Virus record (IMG/VR): IMGVR_UViG_3300026272_000002
Location: 1-39,138 of that record
DNA length: 39,138 nucleotides
From: a virus
Direction: 5' to 3' (one strand)
In this document: positions 7,032 through 16,009 of the stretch, piece after piece
Numbering within the stretch: position 1 is the first letter of the stretch
How the letters are laid out: each line of letters starts with the position of its first letter
Notes under the pieces: generated by a model
Told to the model about the DNA's origin: nothing
Database searches by the model: none
What the model saw: the letters and a program-made list of their open reading frames with translations, nothing else
Made by a program: the position numbers and the translations under genes

Positions 7032-7051
7032 TACTGTATAAAAACACAGTG
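7032..7051. promoter_or_regulatory. SOS (LexA-type) box TACTGTATAAAAACACAGTG
   Basis: CTGT (7034-37), N8, ACAG (7046-49), with 16 of 20 matches to the consensus. It lies in the divergent region between the 117-aa gene and the acyltransferase and covers a possible minus-strand -10 (TATACA, 7040-7035). Confidence 0.6.
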
Positions 7052-7107
7052 TATCGTAAACGAATTCAGCCATATAAGATTGCCCGCGAATAATCACGAT
7101 AATTACA

Positions 7108-8202
7108 ATGCATAAAATCGCAAACAAAGACATTCGGCTTGACTTTCTTGATGGGCTTCGCGGATGGGGCGCTTTAAGCGTTCTGCTTTATCACACCTTC
7201 GTACAAGGGTTCCCGATCACGGAAAAGGTTTCTGTCGAACTGTACCGATTTTTCTTATTCAATGGCCCCCTAGCCGTCTGGATATTTTTTATCGTTTCTG
7301 GATTTTCCCTATCAATTAAATATTTCCAGTTTGGAGATATTGCATCGCTACGAAGAATCGCTTTGGGTCGCTATATCCGCCTGATGATTCCGATCCTCGC
7401 GGTGGGCATTATTGTTTTCATTCTATTCAAGCTCTCGATAATTCCCGCGGCATCTGAACGCCCTTCAGCGTTTCAAGCGTTCCTTGCCGTGCCGCCGACC
7501 CTGCATGATGCTTTGAGGTTTGGCCTGTTCGACGTATTTTTCAAGTACGACGCGAGCAAATCATTATCGCCTCCGCTGTGGACGATGGCCTATGAACTAT
7601 GGGGTTCAGCAATGGTCATCGGAACGTTATTTGTCGCTGGAAAATCACCGTATAGATTTGCACTCTATTTGGCAATCGGCGTATTGGCCCTGCTCGTTCA
7701 TGTGTTCTATATCAACTTCATAATAGGGATTGTGTTTGCTGACGTCTACTCTGGCGGCCTCAGGCACAGATATGCCAACCTATGGAAATATCTCCCCGGC
7801 GCGGCCCTTGTCGCCGGCCTAATTGCATCAGCATTCCTCAGAAGAGAATCGTCAGATTTTCATTTTCTTGCCAGCGCTGCGTTAATCTCATTAGGCGTTA
7901 TTTTTGATAAACATGCCGCGCGCGCCATATCGTCCAAGTTGAGCAGGTTTCTTGGGCGCATTTCCTTCCCGCTATACCTCATCCATTCCACGGTATTCTT
8001 TTCATACTCACTTTGGGTATTTGGGATATGGGGAAGCACGGCAGAGAGTTCATTTGAGGTGAAAATCTTGCTGAATATTTCCACTGTTTTAGTGGCAATC
8101 CTTGCCGCCATCGCATTGACACCAGCGGACACTTTCAGTGTCTGGCTATCGAAAAAATTCGCCGCTGTGTTTGTGCGAAAGCCGTCCCCCGATCAGCGCT
8201 AA
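7108..8202 (+). CDS. Acyltransferase family 3 integral membrane protein (O-antigen/LPS acetylase-like lysogenic conversion gene)
   Basis: N-terminal signature RLDFLDGLRGWGALSVLLYHTF followed by about ten hydrophobic segments. The region is AT-richer than the rest of the genome, and the gene is convergent with the late operon. Confidence 0.88.
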   Translation: MHKIANKDIRLDFLDGLRGWGALSVLLYHTFVQGFPITEKVSVELYRFFLFNGPLAVWIFFIVSGFSLSIKYFQFGDIASLRRIALGRYIRLMIPILAVGIIVFILFKLSIIPAASERPSAFQAFLAVPPTLHDALRFGLFDVFFKYDASKSLSPPLWTMAYELWGSAMVIGTLFVAGKSPYRFALYLAIGVLALLVHVFYINFIIGIVFADVYSGGLRHRYANLWKYLPGAALVAGLIASAFLRRESSDFHFLASAALISLGVIFDKHAARAISSKLSRFLGRISFPLYLIHSTVFFSYSLWVFGIWGSTAESSFEVKILLNISTVLVAILAAIALTPADTFSVWLSKKFAAVFVRKPSPDQR

Positions 8203-8609
8203 GCCACGCCTTTTACCTTCTCGATGGTGCGTAGTCCACCGATGCCAAGCATTCCTAGCAGAATGGTAGACATCTCAGTGAAGTCCAGTACTGGCAACGT
8301 GATCGGATGGCCAAAGTATGCAGCAATGAACACCAGCAGCGGGCCGCCGACGAATTTGAAGGCGAACGCCACGCCACACACCCAGCCTACAAACGGGCGC
8401 CAACCAGCCACAAACACGCTTGTATTGGTCGCCTCAGCCTTGTTGACGTCGATCTGACCGGTCGCAATCTGCAGGTCAGCATTCAACTGCGCGAGTTCGC
8501 CAGTTTGCGCCATCTGCATGACTTTCAGCTTGGCTTCATTCGCTGCCGCTGGATCAGGGAAAAGCTTGTCGAGCAAGCCGCCAAGTAAAGGAATGAGTGC
8601 AGGCCACAT
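8199..8609 (-). CDS. Holin (3-TM, GTA-holin-like family)
   Basis: N-terminus LLGGLLDKLFPDPAAANEAKLKVMQMAQTGEL..., then three hydrophobic helices. It lies directly downstream of the endolysin. Confidence 0.8.
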   Translation of the reverse strand: MWPALIPLLGGLLDKLFPDPAAANEAKLKVMQMAQTGELAQLNADLQIATGQIDVNKAEATNTSVFVAGWRPFVGWVCGVAFAFKFVGGPLLVFIAAYFGHPITLPVLDFTEMSTILLGMLGIGGLRTIEKVKGVA

Positions 8610-9122
8610 TTAAAGTACCTCTTTCGCGCGATTGTAGAGTTCCTGGCGATCTACCAGACCATTTGTGCCACCGTTGATTAGTTTTGTGATGCCGATGAAG
8701 TCTCCCTTGTCGGCCAAATCGTTGAGCTTGTGCGTTGACCAGAACCAGCCTGCTGATCGGGCCGCGTTCTCCGGCTCCTCAACCACTTCCGGGTTCTCAA
8801 CGCAATTGATATCCAGCGCCATCATCAGTGCCATATAGTTCGCGCGCCCGGTGATTTGGATCAGGCCGCGACCTTTGTATTTCACGCCGTCACCAGGCTG
8901 CTTGTTTCCGAGATCCTGGCGCCCTTCATAAGCTGCGCCGCTGGCAAGTTCGCGCACGTACCGAAGCTGCCCTGACTCATGCCCTACCTGTGCCAGAAAC
9001 GCTGCTTGACGGGCGGGAGTATTGATTTCAAACTCATCCATCGTCTTGTTGAGGTAGTCGAGCATCACGAAGGCGCGCGCGCCGGCAGTAGGCATTATCT
9101 TGCGGAGTTGATCGATATTCAT
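8610..9122 (-). CDS. Endolysin, glycoside hydrolase family 19 (chitinase-like lysozyme)
   Basis: Motif AAFLAQVGHESGQLRYVRE...YEGRQDLGNKQPGDGVKYKGRGLIQITGRANY. Confidence 0.9.
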   Translation of the reverse strand: MNIDQLRKIMPTAGARAFVMLDYLNKTMDEFEINTPARQAAFLAQVGHESGQLRYVRELASGAAYEGRQDLGNKQPGDGVKYKGRGLIQITGRANYMALMMALDINCVENPEVVEEPENAARSAGWFWSTHKLNDLADKGDFIGITKLINGGTNGLVDRQELYNRAKEVL

Positions 9123-9439
9123 GGCTTTGGCCCTTCCTTAAGATACCAATACGCCGCTGTTGCAAGCACCACAATCACCGCCCAGATGCCTCTATCGGCC
9201 AGCTTGATACGCAGCTCAGCGTAGAACCGCGTTCGCTCCTCTGCCTTCCGTATAAGCGCCTCATGGTATTTCCTGTGAGCCTCGGCATCTCCATCAGGGA
9301 AGCCCTCCTTGATCATCTCTTCCAGCCTCTCAAGGTGGCCTGTGTTCTGCGAGTGACGCGCCCCCTGGTCTTCATTGAGCTTTCGCAGCAAATCCAGCAC
9401 TTTCCGTTCAAAGCCATTGTTTTGTTCCTGTGTCAGCAC
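9119..9439 (-). CDS. Lysis-cassette protein with a C-terminal membrane anchor (function unknown)
   Basis: The stop overlaps the endolysin start (ATGA-type). C-terminal TM segment GIWAVIVVLATAAYWYL. The track start GTG 9463 falls inside the upstream terminator stem, so GTG 9439 is preferred. Confidence 0.55.
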   Translation of the reverse strand: MLTQEQNNGFERKVLDLLRKLNEDQGARHSQNTGHLERLEEMIKEGFPDGDAEAHRKYHEALIRKAEERTRFYAELRIKLADRGIWAVIVVLATAAYWYLKEGPKP

Positions 9440-9449
9440 TATCGCCCCC

Positions 9450-9476
9450 AATAAAAAAGCCACCCGAAGATGGCTT
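9450..9476 (-). terminator. Rho-independent terminator between the tail-fibre module and the lysis cassette
   Basis: The minus strand reads AAGCCA-tcttcggg-TGGCTT followed by TTTTTATT. Confidence 0.6.
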
Positions 9477-9490
9477 GTTGAGATCAGTTT

Positions 9491-9667
9491 TTATGTGATT
9501 GCGGCCAACTCTTCAGGAGTAGGCTGAGGCTTTTCGTAGTTCCAAATGGCGATGAATGGGCCATTTCCATCGGAATTATCTTGAAGCTGGATAGTGCCGT
9601 TGTAAAAATATTCCGGATGATCTGCGAGTTCCGGATAGATGGTGATAATTTTTTCGTAAAGTCCCAT
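9491..9667 (-). CDS. XkdW-like small tail-fibre-associated protein (58 aa; below the ORF-track cutoff)
   Basis: Hand translation: MGLYEKIITIYPELADHPEYFYNGTIQLQDNSDGNGPFIAIWNYEKPQPTPEELAAIT. The pattern I-L-Q-D-x-x-D-G-x-G-x-x-I-x-x-W ... P-T-x-E-E-L is typical of XkdW-like proteins. It starts 2 nt after the tail-fibre stop. Confidence 0.6.
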   Translation of the reverse strand: MGLYEKIITIYPELADHPEYFYNGTIQLQDNSDGNGPFIAIWNYEKPQPTPEELAAIT

Positions 9668-9669
9668 GA

Positions 9670-10506
9670 TTATGCCGTCCTTATAAGTGCGCCGTTGAAA
9701 TAGGTTTGATATTGCTGTGCTGTTGAATTTTGCCCCGTGCCAAGATATGTAAAAATCTCAACGTAGTCGGTTGTTCCGTTGAGATATACAAGCGATGAAA
9801 CTGACGAATTGATCGAAGAAGAGTTACCAATCGACCCATCCTTAAATCGCGTACCATTTTTGAAAATGGATGCAATTACTTGCGTTGCGGGAGACCCGAC
9901 AAATCCCGCACCTGCACTGATCTGATAGTAGCCAGCCACAAGCGGCGTAAACCGATAGTTCGTAGCATTGTCGAATGCAGCAGCAGTATCAAAATCCTCT
10001 GTTTGAAACTGCATTTTGGTGAAAGTGATGGATGAAACGGCCTGCGTAGAGCTTTGGTAAGCTGAAAACGCAAGCCCTCTCGCTGGATCTTTTGCTGCGA
10101 TATATTTCACACAACGCCAATTGCTTGTTCCTTCGCAGACGAATTCAGCGATGTCGCCGGCGACTGTTGTGATGTTTATGCCGCCTGGCAGAATCAGCGA
10201 AGTGGCGTTGTGGGTGAGGGTTAAAGCGCCGTCAAAGACCAACGTGCGGGAAATGCCAGCAGACGATGAGCCAAGCGACGTAATGGTCGTGGTGCCGGTG
10301 ATATGGATATAGTTGCCGTCCGTATTCCCGGCGATTGACACAGTGGCCGCTGATGCCATTGATGCGCCTTGCGCTTGCTCGCGCCGTACAATAGACTGAG
10401 TTGCACGCAGGTAGTCATCGAGGGATGATCCGATCGGATCTGTGCCGGCAGGCGAATTGCTTGCCGCCACAACATTGAGGTCGGTAATTACTGATGGTAC
10501 TGCCAT
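9670..10506 (-). CDS. Tail fibre with a C1q/TNF-like C-terminal receptor-binding domain
   Basis: The N-terminus SVITDLNVVAASNSPAGTDPIGSSLDDYLRATQSIVR is typical of fibre anchor domains. The C-terminal about 130 aa (FSAY...FTPLVAGYYQISAG...NGT...VYLNGTDYVEIF) fits a C1q-type jelly roll. Confidence 0.75.
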   Translation of the reverse strand: MAVPSVITDLNVVAASNSPAGTDPIGSSLDDYLRATQSIVRREQAQGASMASAATVSIAGNTDGNYIHITGTTTITSLGSSSAGISRTLVFDGALTLTHNATSLILPGGINITTVAGDIAEFVCEGTSNWRCVKYIAAKDPARGLAFSAYQSSTQAVSSITFTKMQFQTEDFDTAAAFDNATNYRFTPLVAGYYQISAGAGFVGSPATQVIASIFKNGTRFKDGSIGNSSSINSSVSSLVYLNGTTDYVEIFTYLGTGQNSTAQQYQTYFNGALIRTA

Positions 10507-10606
10507 ATTTTCTCCATTGCTTCACAGCGTTAAGAGGTTTGATTGGATCACTTCAATTTTTGGGAATACATCGAACCGACCAAAGCCGGTGCGATCCTTG
10601 CGTCTA

Positions 10607-13174
10607 TCATTCTTGCTTGGTGGAATTCGCGTTAGCTGGCAACAGTAATGGAGCCGTCAATAAGCCTGCTGGAATTGCTCGCTGGCGCACTGGCGGCGCA
10701 GACAGAAGTCCACTCGGAACATTCAAAGCTTGGTTGATGCCAACTTGCGTGGTGAAATTTCTGATCGGCTGGCGAATGAATGTATCTGCCCCAGGAATCC
10801 GAGAAAGAATCTTGTTGTTTGCAATAAAATCCAGCGCACCGCTCAAAGCTAGCGCGCCTGAATTTGAGTTGTTCACAGCACTTCCAACGGGCTGAAACTG
10901 CTCATAGCTCGACACTCTGCCAAGCGATTTCAGTTGCGCCACTTCCTCCGGCGAAAAGAACATCCCCAGTTTTTGATCGCCGATATTAGCAATGGCCTTA
11001 TTCAGTGAAGACGAGCTGACTTTGCCGACCTCGTCAGCCTTACCGCTGATTGACTGCTCTTTCAAGTATTTCGCGATCTGCCCACGGATTGTTTGCAATG
11101 CGCCAGGGTCTTGCTGTACGGCGGCGCGCAAAGCCTGCAAATCTGCTACATTCGCACGCCCACCTTGACCGATTATGAAGTTCTGCACGAACTTATCTGG
11201 CTGCACCCCATCACGCAATGCCTGCAACGCAGGAGTGCCTTCTACCTGCTGCATGTATGTGCGATTTAGGTTTCGCGCCTGATTGAATGCATCAATTGCA
11301 TCTTGTCCGATGCTTTGCGCTGGCACTGCCAGAGCGTTTAATTCGCCTGGCCTACGCGTCATTATACCTGTCCCTGCTGCTTGATTCGGCACAGGCTGTG
11401 GCGCACGTTGGCTCATCAGAGGCGTCTCGTCTAACGCCTGACGAACCAAGCCAAGAGAATGGCGAACATTACCATCTGCACTTGCCCGTTGAATGCGACC
11501 AATGTTCGTTTTCAGCTGCTCCGCAATTTCTACGTTCAAGGGCATTTGTCCTTGCGCAATGCGGTTCAGTGTGTTGCGAATATCGGTAGGGAGGAAGCTT
11601 TCTGCATTTGCCTGGTTCAAAAGATTACCAGCGCGTTGCGTGAACGCGGAAGGATCAAGATTGGCACTACGCCCAGCAGAGTCACGCGCACGGCTGTACG
11701 CATCTGAGATAGCACTACGCGCAGCTTGGTCAGTGTTGTCGAGTGCCGCCAAGATTCTGCCGCCAGCATCATATTGCGTCTGCGGAGTATTGGCGCCAAG
11801 ATCATTCAGACGGTTAATGAAGGTCGCATTATTTTCATTTTGCACACCAGCAAGACCTTGCAAAGTTGCGTCAGTGGAATTTGCTCCTATTTTTGCCAAG
11901 TTTTTTTCTTGCGTGATTTGTACGGGGTTAAGCGTCAATGAACCGCGTGTAGGAGTCGCGCCGACAAGACGATAGTCTATCAATCGGCGTGCCGCATCAC
12001 TATCAAGAGTTCCGTTGTTCATGGCGGAGCCAATATCATTGCGCAATTGCTGTTTAACGCGGTTCCCGATATCAGCGTATTGAATTCCATAATCTCCGTT
12101 GTCGATGAGATTCTGGATCGTCACATCAATAGCCTGGTTACTACGCGCGGGGGTCACTGCATTCTTCAATGCGCTTACGGCTTTCTGGCCGCCGGCCAAT
12201 GCAGCGGGAGCCAGCAATCCAGCAGCCAAAGATGCCGCCATTTGCGCACCTTCACCGCCTCCAGTTTGCTTCGTGTATTCGCCTGCAGCGCCTGCGGCAG
12301 CGTTCGATGCAGCCTGAGCGCCCGGATTTGCGGCCAGCATACGCATGACGCCTTGTGTTGCGCCAGTGGTCAAGGGAACAGCTTTAGCAGCCAGTGCTAC
12401 TGGAACGGCTCCCCCGGCCACAAGCTCACTCGCGCTGCCGACAACTTTTTCAAGGTCATTCTTTGGCTTTGGAAGTCCGATCGTATCAGCTAAAACTTGC
12501 CCGCTACCACCCTGAATATTCATGCCAAGCGCATTCAGTCCGGCACGAATCGGCGATGATGCTGCATCAAGAATGCCGCCGACGCCTTGTAAGCCGTAGC
12601 GCGCAGTCAAACCTACTTGGCGCGGGACGTCTGCCAAAGTATCGCTCAATTGCGCGCCAAATCCCTTTTCAGGCTGCACCGGCGCTGAGGCATCCAATCC
12701 AAGTAATTTCGCTGCATCCTGTACGGATTGCTGATTTGGCGCAGCAGCTTGTTGAGCCTTTGGCGCAATGCCGAGAACATTTGCGGCATCCTGCACGCTC
12801 ATTGGTGCAGATTTACTCACGCCAGCCATCACCTTTGGGATATAGGCTTGCGTTTCAGCGGCTGGCGGTGCCTGACCATTCATCACCGCTTTACCTGCTG
12901 CACTGCCGCCGTTGTAGTGCGCCACGACTGCCGGCCAGTTGCCCTTGTATTGGCGGCCAAGGTCCGCGAGCATCCGCGCCGCACCATCAGCCGCCTGAGC
13001 CGGATCGAGCGGATTGATGCCGTATGCCTTAGCAGTCGACGGCATAAACTGAAAATCACCCAATGCGCCGGCATCAGAGAGCAAATTCTTCCCGTTCGCC
13101 GACTCCGTGCTGCGGATAGAGCTGAGAATGCCGTTTGGCAGGCTGTATTGAGCCTCCAGATCGCCATAGTTCAT
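10607..13174 (-). CDS. Internal virion / ejection protein with an N-terminal lytic transglycosylase (SLT) domain (855 aa)
   Basis: ILSSIRSTESANGKNLLSDAGALGDFQFMPSTAKAYGI...AHYNGG is an SLT catalytic signature. A long Ala/Gln-rich remainder follows. Confidence 0.85.
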   Translation of the reverse strand: MNYGDLEAQYSLPNGILSSIRSTESANGKNLLSDAGALGDFQFMPSTAKAYGINPLDPAQAADGAARMLADLGRQYKGNWPAVVAHYNGGSAAGKAVMNGQAPPAAETQAYIPKVMAGVSKSAPMSVQDAANVLGIAPKAQQAAAPNQQSVQDAAKLLGLDASAPVQPEKGFGAQLSDTLADVPRQVGLTARYGLQGVGGILDAASSPIRAGLNALGMNIQGGSGQVLADTIGLPKPKNDLEKVVGSASELVAGGAVPVALAAKAVPLTTGATQGVMRMLAANPGAQAASNAAAGAAGEYTKQTGGGEGAQMAASLAAGLLAPAALAGGQKAVSALKNAVTPARSNQAIDVTIQNLIDNGDYGIQYADIGNRVKQQLRNDIGSAMNNGTLDSDAARRLIDYRLVGATPTRGSLTLNPVQITQEKNLAKIGANSTDATLQGLAGVQNENNATFINRLNDLGANTPQTQYDAGGRILAALDNTDQAARSAISDAYSRARDSAGRSANLDPSAFTQRAGNLLNQANAESFLPTDIRNTLNRIAQGQMPLNVEIAEQLKTNIGRIQRASADGNVRHSLGLVRQALDETPLMSQRAPQPVPNQAAGTGIMTRRPGELNALAVPAQSIGQDAIDAFNQARNLNRTYMQQVEGTPALQALRDGVQPDKFVQNFIIGQGGRANVADLQALRAAVQQDPGALQTIRGQIAKYLKEQSISGKADEVGKVSSSSLNKAIANIGDQKLGMFFSPEEVAQLKSLGRVSSYEQFQPVGSAVNNSNSGALALSGALDFIANNKILSRIPGADTFIRQPIRNFTTQVGINQALNVPSGLLSAPPVRQRAIPAGLLTAPLLLPANANSTKQE

Positions 13175-14562
13175 TTGATCCAGCCTTTCTTGCGTGCGCT
13201 GTCCAGCAACTGGGGGTTGCCATCTTTGATGATGAGATCAAGTGCAGCACGTTGCTGAGCATTAAGCATCTTGGCCGTTGGAGTAACCTGCACAGGAGCG
13301 GATTGTTGCTGAGTTGGGGCTCCCTGGCCGCCCTGCAAAGCTTGTTGATATGCCTGATCAGCGCCATTAAGATGCCCATATTGCGACAGATATTTTTCCT
13401 TGAATGCCAGTTCCTGAGCGTCTGAATTGAGCTGATTTTTGTAGTTGTTGCGGATCGCCATATTGACGTCGCCAGTCTTGTCAATGCTGGGCAGCCCGGA
13501 CTTCATCAGGCGCACATCGGTATCCGACGAAGATCCACTTCCAGTAGCTCGCATAGTCGGCGCAAGCGCACTCTGGATCGATACCATCTCTTGCTTACCG
13601 GGATCAAATGTCATGCTGTCAGGAAGCATCTTGTCTGCGATAGTACCGGTAGCGCTTTGCTGATTCAGCGTACCGAAGCGCTCCAAAGCGGAAAGCGTCT
13701 TACGGCCTTTGGCTACCGAATCACGCAGATCTTGCAGCTTCTTGTCCTCTGCCTCATACGTTGACTTGCGCATCTGGTCGGCTTGCTCTGGCGGCATGCC
13801 GGCCCATGGCGCGCGCGGTGCATTTGGAGAATTAGGCGGCGGCCCACCGCCTGACATATCAGGTTGGCCTGTAGGATTTGGCTGCATCGATGGCGATCCG
13901 TTACCGGTGGCTCCTGGCGATACGATTTTCCCACTGGCTTTGTCGAAAATCAGATCAGGCTTATAACCGGTGCCTGGCACATACTGCAGGTCTGGAACAG
14001 GATTGCTATAGATTGGCTTCCCAGTAGCCTCGTCATAGACGATATCGTCTTTCTTCAATGTCACGCGGCCGGCTTGCTTGGCCTTCTGTTGCATATCGAG
14101 TGCGACCATAGGGTACTTCGCAGCAATCGCGCTGATGAGCGCCTGCGAGTCCATGCCGCCCGGCGTTGCAGCGGTAGTTGGCGCCATGCTCGCAGCCTGA
14201 ACCGTAGGCCCAACAGGGCCGCCAGCCTTCGCTACTTGCGCCATGGCGTTCTGATCTGCAGTCATCGCCGGTTTGTAAGCATTTTGCGCAGCCTGATCGA
14301 TGTAGTTTTGCTGATCCTGCTGCCGTTTCATCTGGTCGACCTGCATCTGCGTCATGGTGTTGGCAAGGGATGCGCTCTTGAGGCGTTGCTGCTGGTCTTG
14401 TGCGCTGCTGTAGCCATTCAGGCCTGACAAGCCAGCCATACCGATCGTATTGAGCGGCCCGGCATTGCGTCGGGCGCCAGCTAAACCGCCGAATGCGGCA
14501 GACAGCAAGCCCTGCCCTTCCGGGGTCTTCGCAAACTCGGAGAAATCATCAAGCAAGCCCAT
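13171..14562 (-). CDS. Internal virion / ejection protein (463 aa)
   Basis: Long ORF with a 4-nt overlap to the downstream gene. Its Q/G/P-rich composition is typical of podovirus core proteins. Confidence 0.75.
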   Translation of the reverse strand: MGLLDDFSEFAKTPEGQGLLSAAFGGLAGARRNAGPLNTIGMAGLSGLNGYSSAQDQQQRLKSASLANTMTQMQVDQMKRQQDQQNYIDQAAQNAYKPAMTADQNAMAQVAKAGGPVGPTVQAASMAPTTAATPGGMDSQALISAIAAKYPMVALDMQQKAKQAGRVTLKKDDIVYDEATGKPIYSNPVPDLQYVPGTGYKPDLIFDKASGKIVSPGATGNGSPSMQPNPTGQPDMSGGGPPPNSPNAPRAPWAGMPPEQADQMRKSTYEAEDKKLQDLRDSVAKGRKTLSALERFGTLNQQSATGTIADKMLPDSMTFDPGKQEMVSIQSALAPTMRATGSGSSSDTDVRLMKSGLPSIDKTGDVNMAIRNNYKNQLNSDAQELAFKEKYLSQYGHLNGADQAYQQALQGGQGAPTQQQSAPVQVTPTAKMLNAQQRAALDLIIKDGNPQLLDSARKKGWIK

Positions 14563-15314
14563 TACATGCCTCCACGGTACATTTGACGGCGCGCCATACG
14601 TTGCTGCGCGGCCTGAGCAAGTTCTTGGTCAGTCGTTTGCTGGTTCTGCGCGGCAAGCTGCTGCAGTGCAGTTGATCCGTTCTGACCTTGATAAATCGGC
14701 GACGGTTGCACATGAGACGGTTGTGAGCTAAGCAGGCCTTTTGCCATAGATGCGGCCTGCATCGCGTTACTGCCCTGCTTCGCGTACCCCATCGCCGTGC
14801 TGAATGGAGAGCTTGCAGGTGCTGCTGCGGCCATGCCCGGATAGAGCGATGATCCGGCTCCTGCACCAGCCTGCAGCCCTTCACCTGCGGAGCTTGATAG
14901 CAAGCCTGTGCCTCCGCCCATTCCTTCGGCTGCGCCAGCGCCTGCAGTTGTCAGCCCTGTGCCACCCGATACTCCGCCAGCAGCGCCGCCCGCAGCACTT
15001 GCGCCCCCACCTAAAGCACCAGCGCCAGCACCACCAGCAAACGCTGATGTGATGGCGCGAGCAATGCCGTGCATGGTTGCACCTGGGCCCGTGTTGATGC
15101 CGGCTGCCTTCGCTTTGTCGTAGGTGTCGGAGGAAGCGCCGCCGTATTGATCCACGATCGGCTCGTAGTCCTTGCCGAGGATTGACCCCCATACACTTGA
15201 ACTGAATGGGTCGCCGGCGCCGATAAACGCGCGCTCAGGATCTTTCCCGAGCTTGTTGAGCATCTCGCCAAGGTTAAATGATTCAAAGCTGCCTACATCG
15301 CCTAAAAAACTCAT
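14562..15314 (-). CDS. Gly/Ala-rich internal virion protein (250 aa)
   Basis: ORF with a 1-nt overlap. It has a long GGAGAGALGGGASAAGGAAGG low-complexity core. Confidence 0.7.
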   Translation of the reverse strand: MSFLGDVGSFESFNLGEMLNKLGKDPERAFIGAGDPFSSSVWGSILGKDYEPIVDQYGGASSDTYDKAKAAGINTGPGATMHGIARAITSAFAGGAGAGALGGGASAAGGAAGGVSGGTGLTTAGAGAAEGMGGGTGLLSSSAGEGLQAGAGAGSSLYPGMAAAAPASSPFSTAMGYAKQGSNAMQAASMAKGLLSSQPSHVQPSPIYQGQNGSTALQQLAAQNQQTTDQELAQAAQQRMARRQMYRGGM

Positions 15315-15316
15315 GG

Positions 15317-16009
15317 TTACTTTCCTCCGCCGCCGGTGCTTTGCGTTGTCGAGCTAGCACCTAGATTTGACCCAAACACCCCTGACATAGCGGCGAGTTG
15401 CTTGTATGGCAAATTCTGCTGGTCTTGATACTGACTGTAGCCATAGTCAAGATTTTGTTGCGATTGATCCTGTAGCGTCTGGCCGGCGCCCATCAATTGC
15501 GCGGCGTCGGTGTAAGCTTGATTGCCGAATGTTGGCGCTGTTTGGATTGCTTGTAGTTGGCGACTACGGTCAGAATCGTATGCGGCACCGTACATCTGGG
15601 AAGCGGTGTCATCAAGATTCTTAGCGTACTGAGCCTGTGTCCCCGTATTACCGAACGAGCCTGAGTTGACTGCCGCCGTGTTGAAATTCGACGTCACGCT
15701 GTCTTGTGCCTTTTGGACTGCCTTGTCGAGATATGGGTTGGTCGCCCCGCCGCTAATCATGCCATTCAGGTTGTTTTCGGCATTGTTCATCGTCGCAGAG
15801 CCATTATCTGCACGATTTTGAATCTTCCCAATCGCATCATTCTGGATGGTATTCATATCAGCATAGCGCTGACCATTGTATTGATCGTACCCAGTGTTGC
15901 TTAGATTGATCGCCTTGTTCGTATAGGCCGTTGCAAGCGGCTTAAGTTCGTCGGGGATACTCTGTGTTGTCGTGCTGGTTTGATCGCGACCACCGCCGCC
16001 ATCGCTCAT
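15317..16009 (-). CDS. Virion-associated protein (230 aa, N/Q/S/T-rich)
   Basis: ORF in the ejection-protein gene block, with a 4-nt overlap to the upstream gene. Confidence 0.7.
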   Translation of the reverse strand: MSDGGGGRDQTSTTTQSIPDELKPLATAYTNKAINLSNTGYDQYNGQRYADMNTIQNDAIGKIQNRADNGSATMNNAENNLNGMISGGATNPYLDKAVQKAQDSVTSNFNTAAVNSGSFGNTGTQAQYAKNLDDTASQMYGAAYDSDRSRQLQAIQTAPTFGNQAYTDAAQLMGAGQTLQDQSQQNLDYGYSQYQDQQNLPYKQLAAMSGVFGSNLGASSTTQSTGGGGK

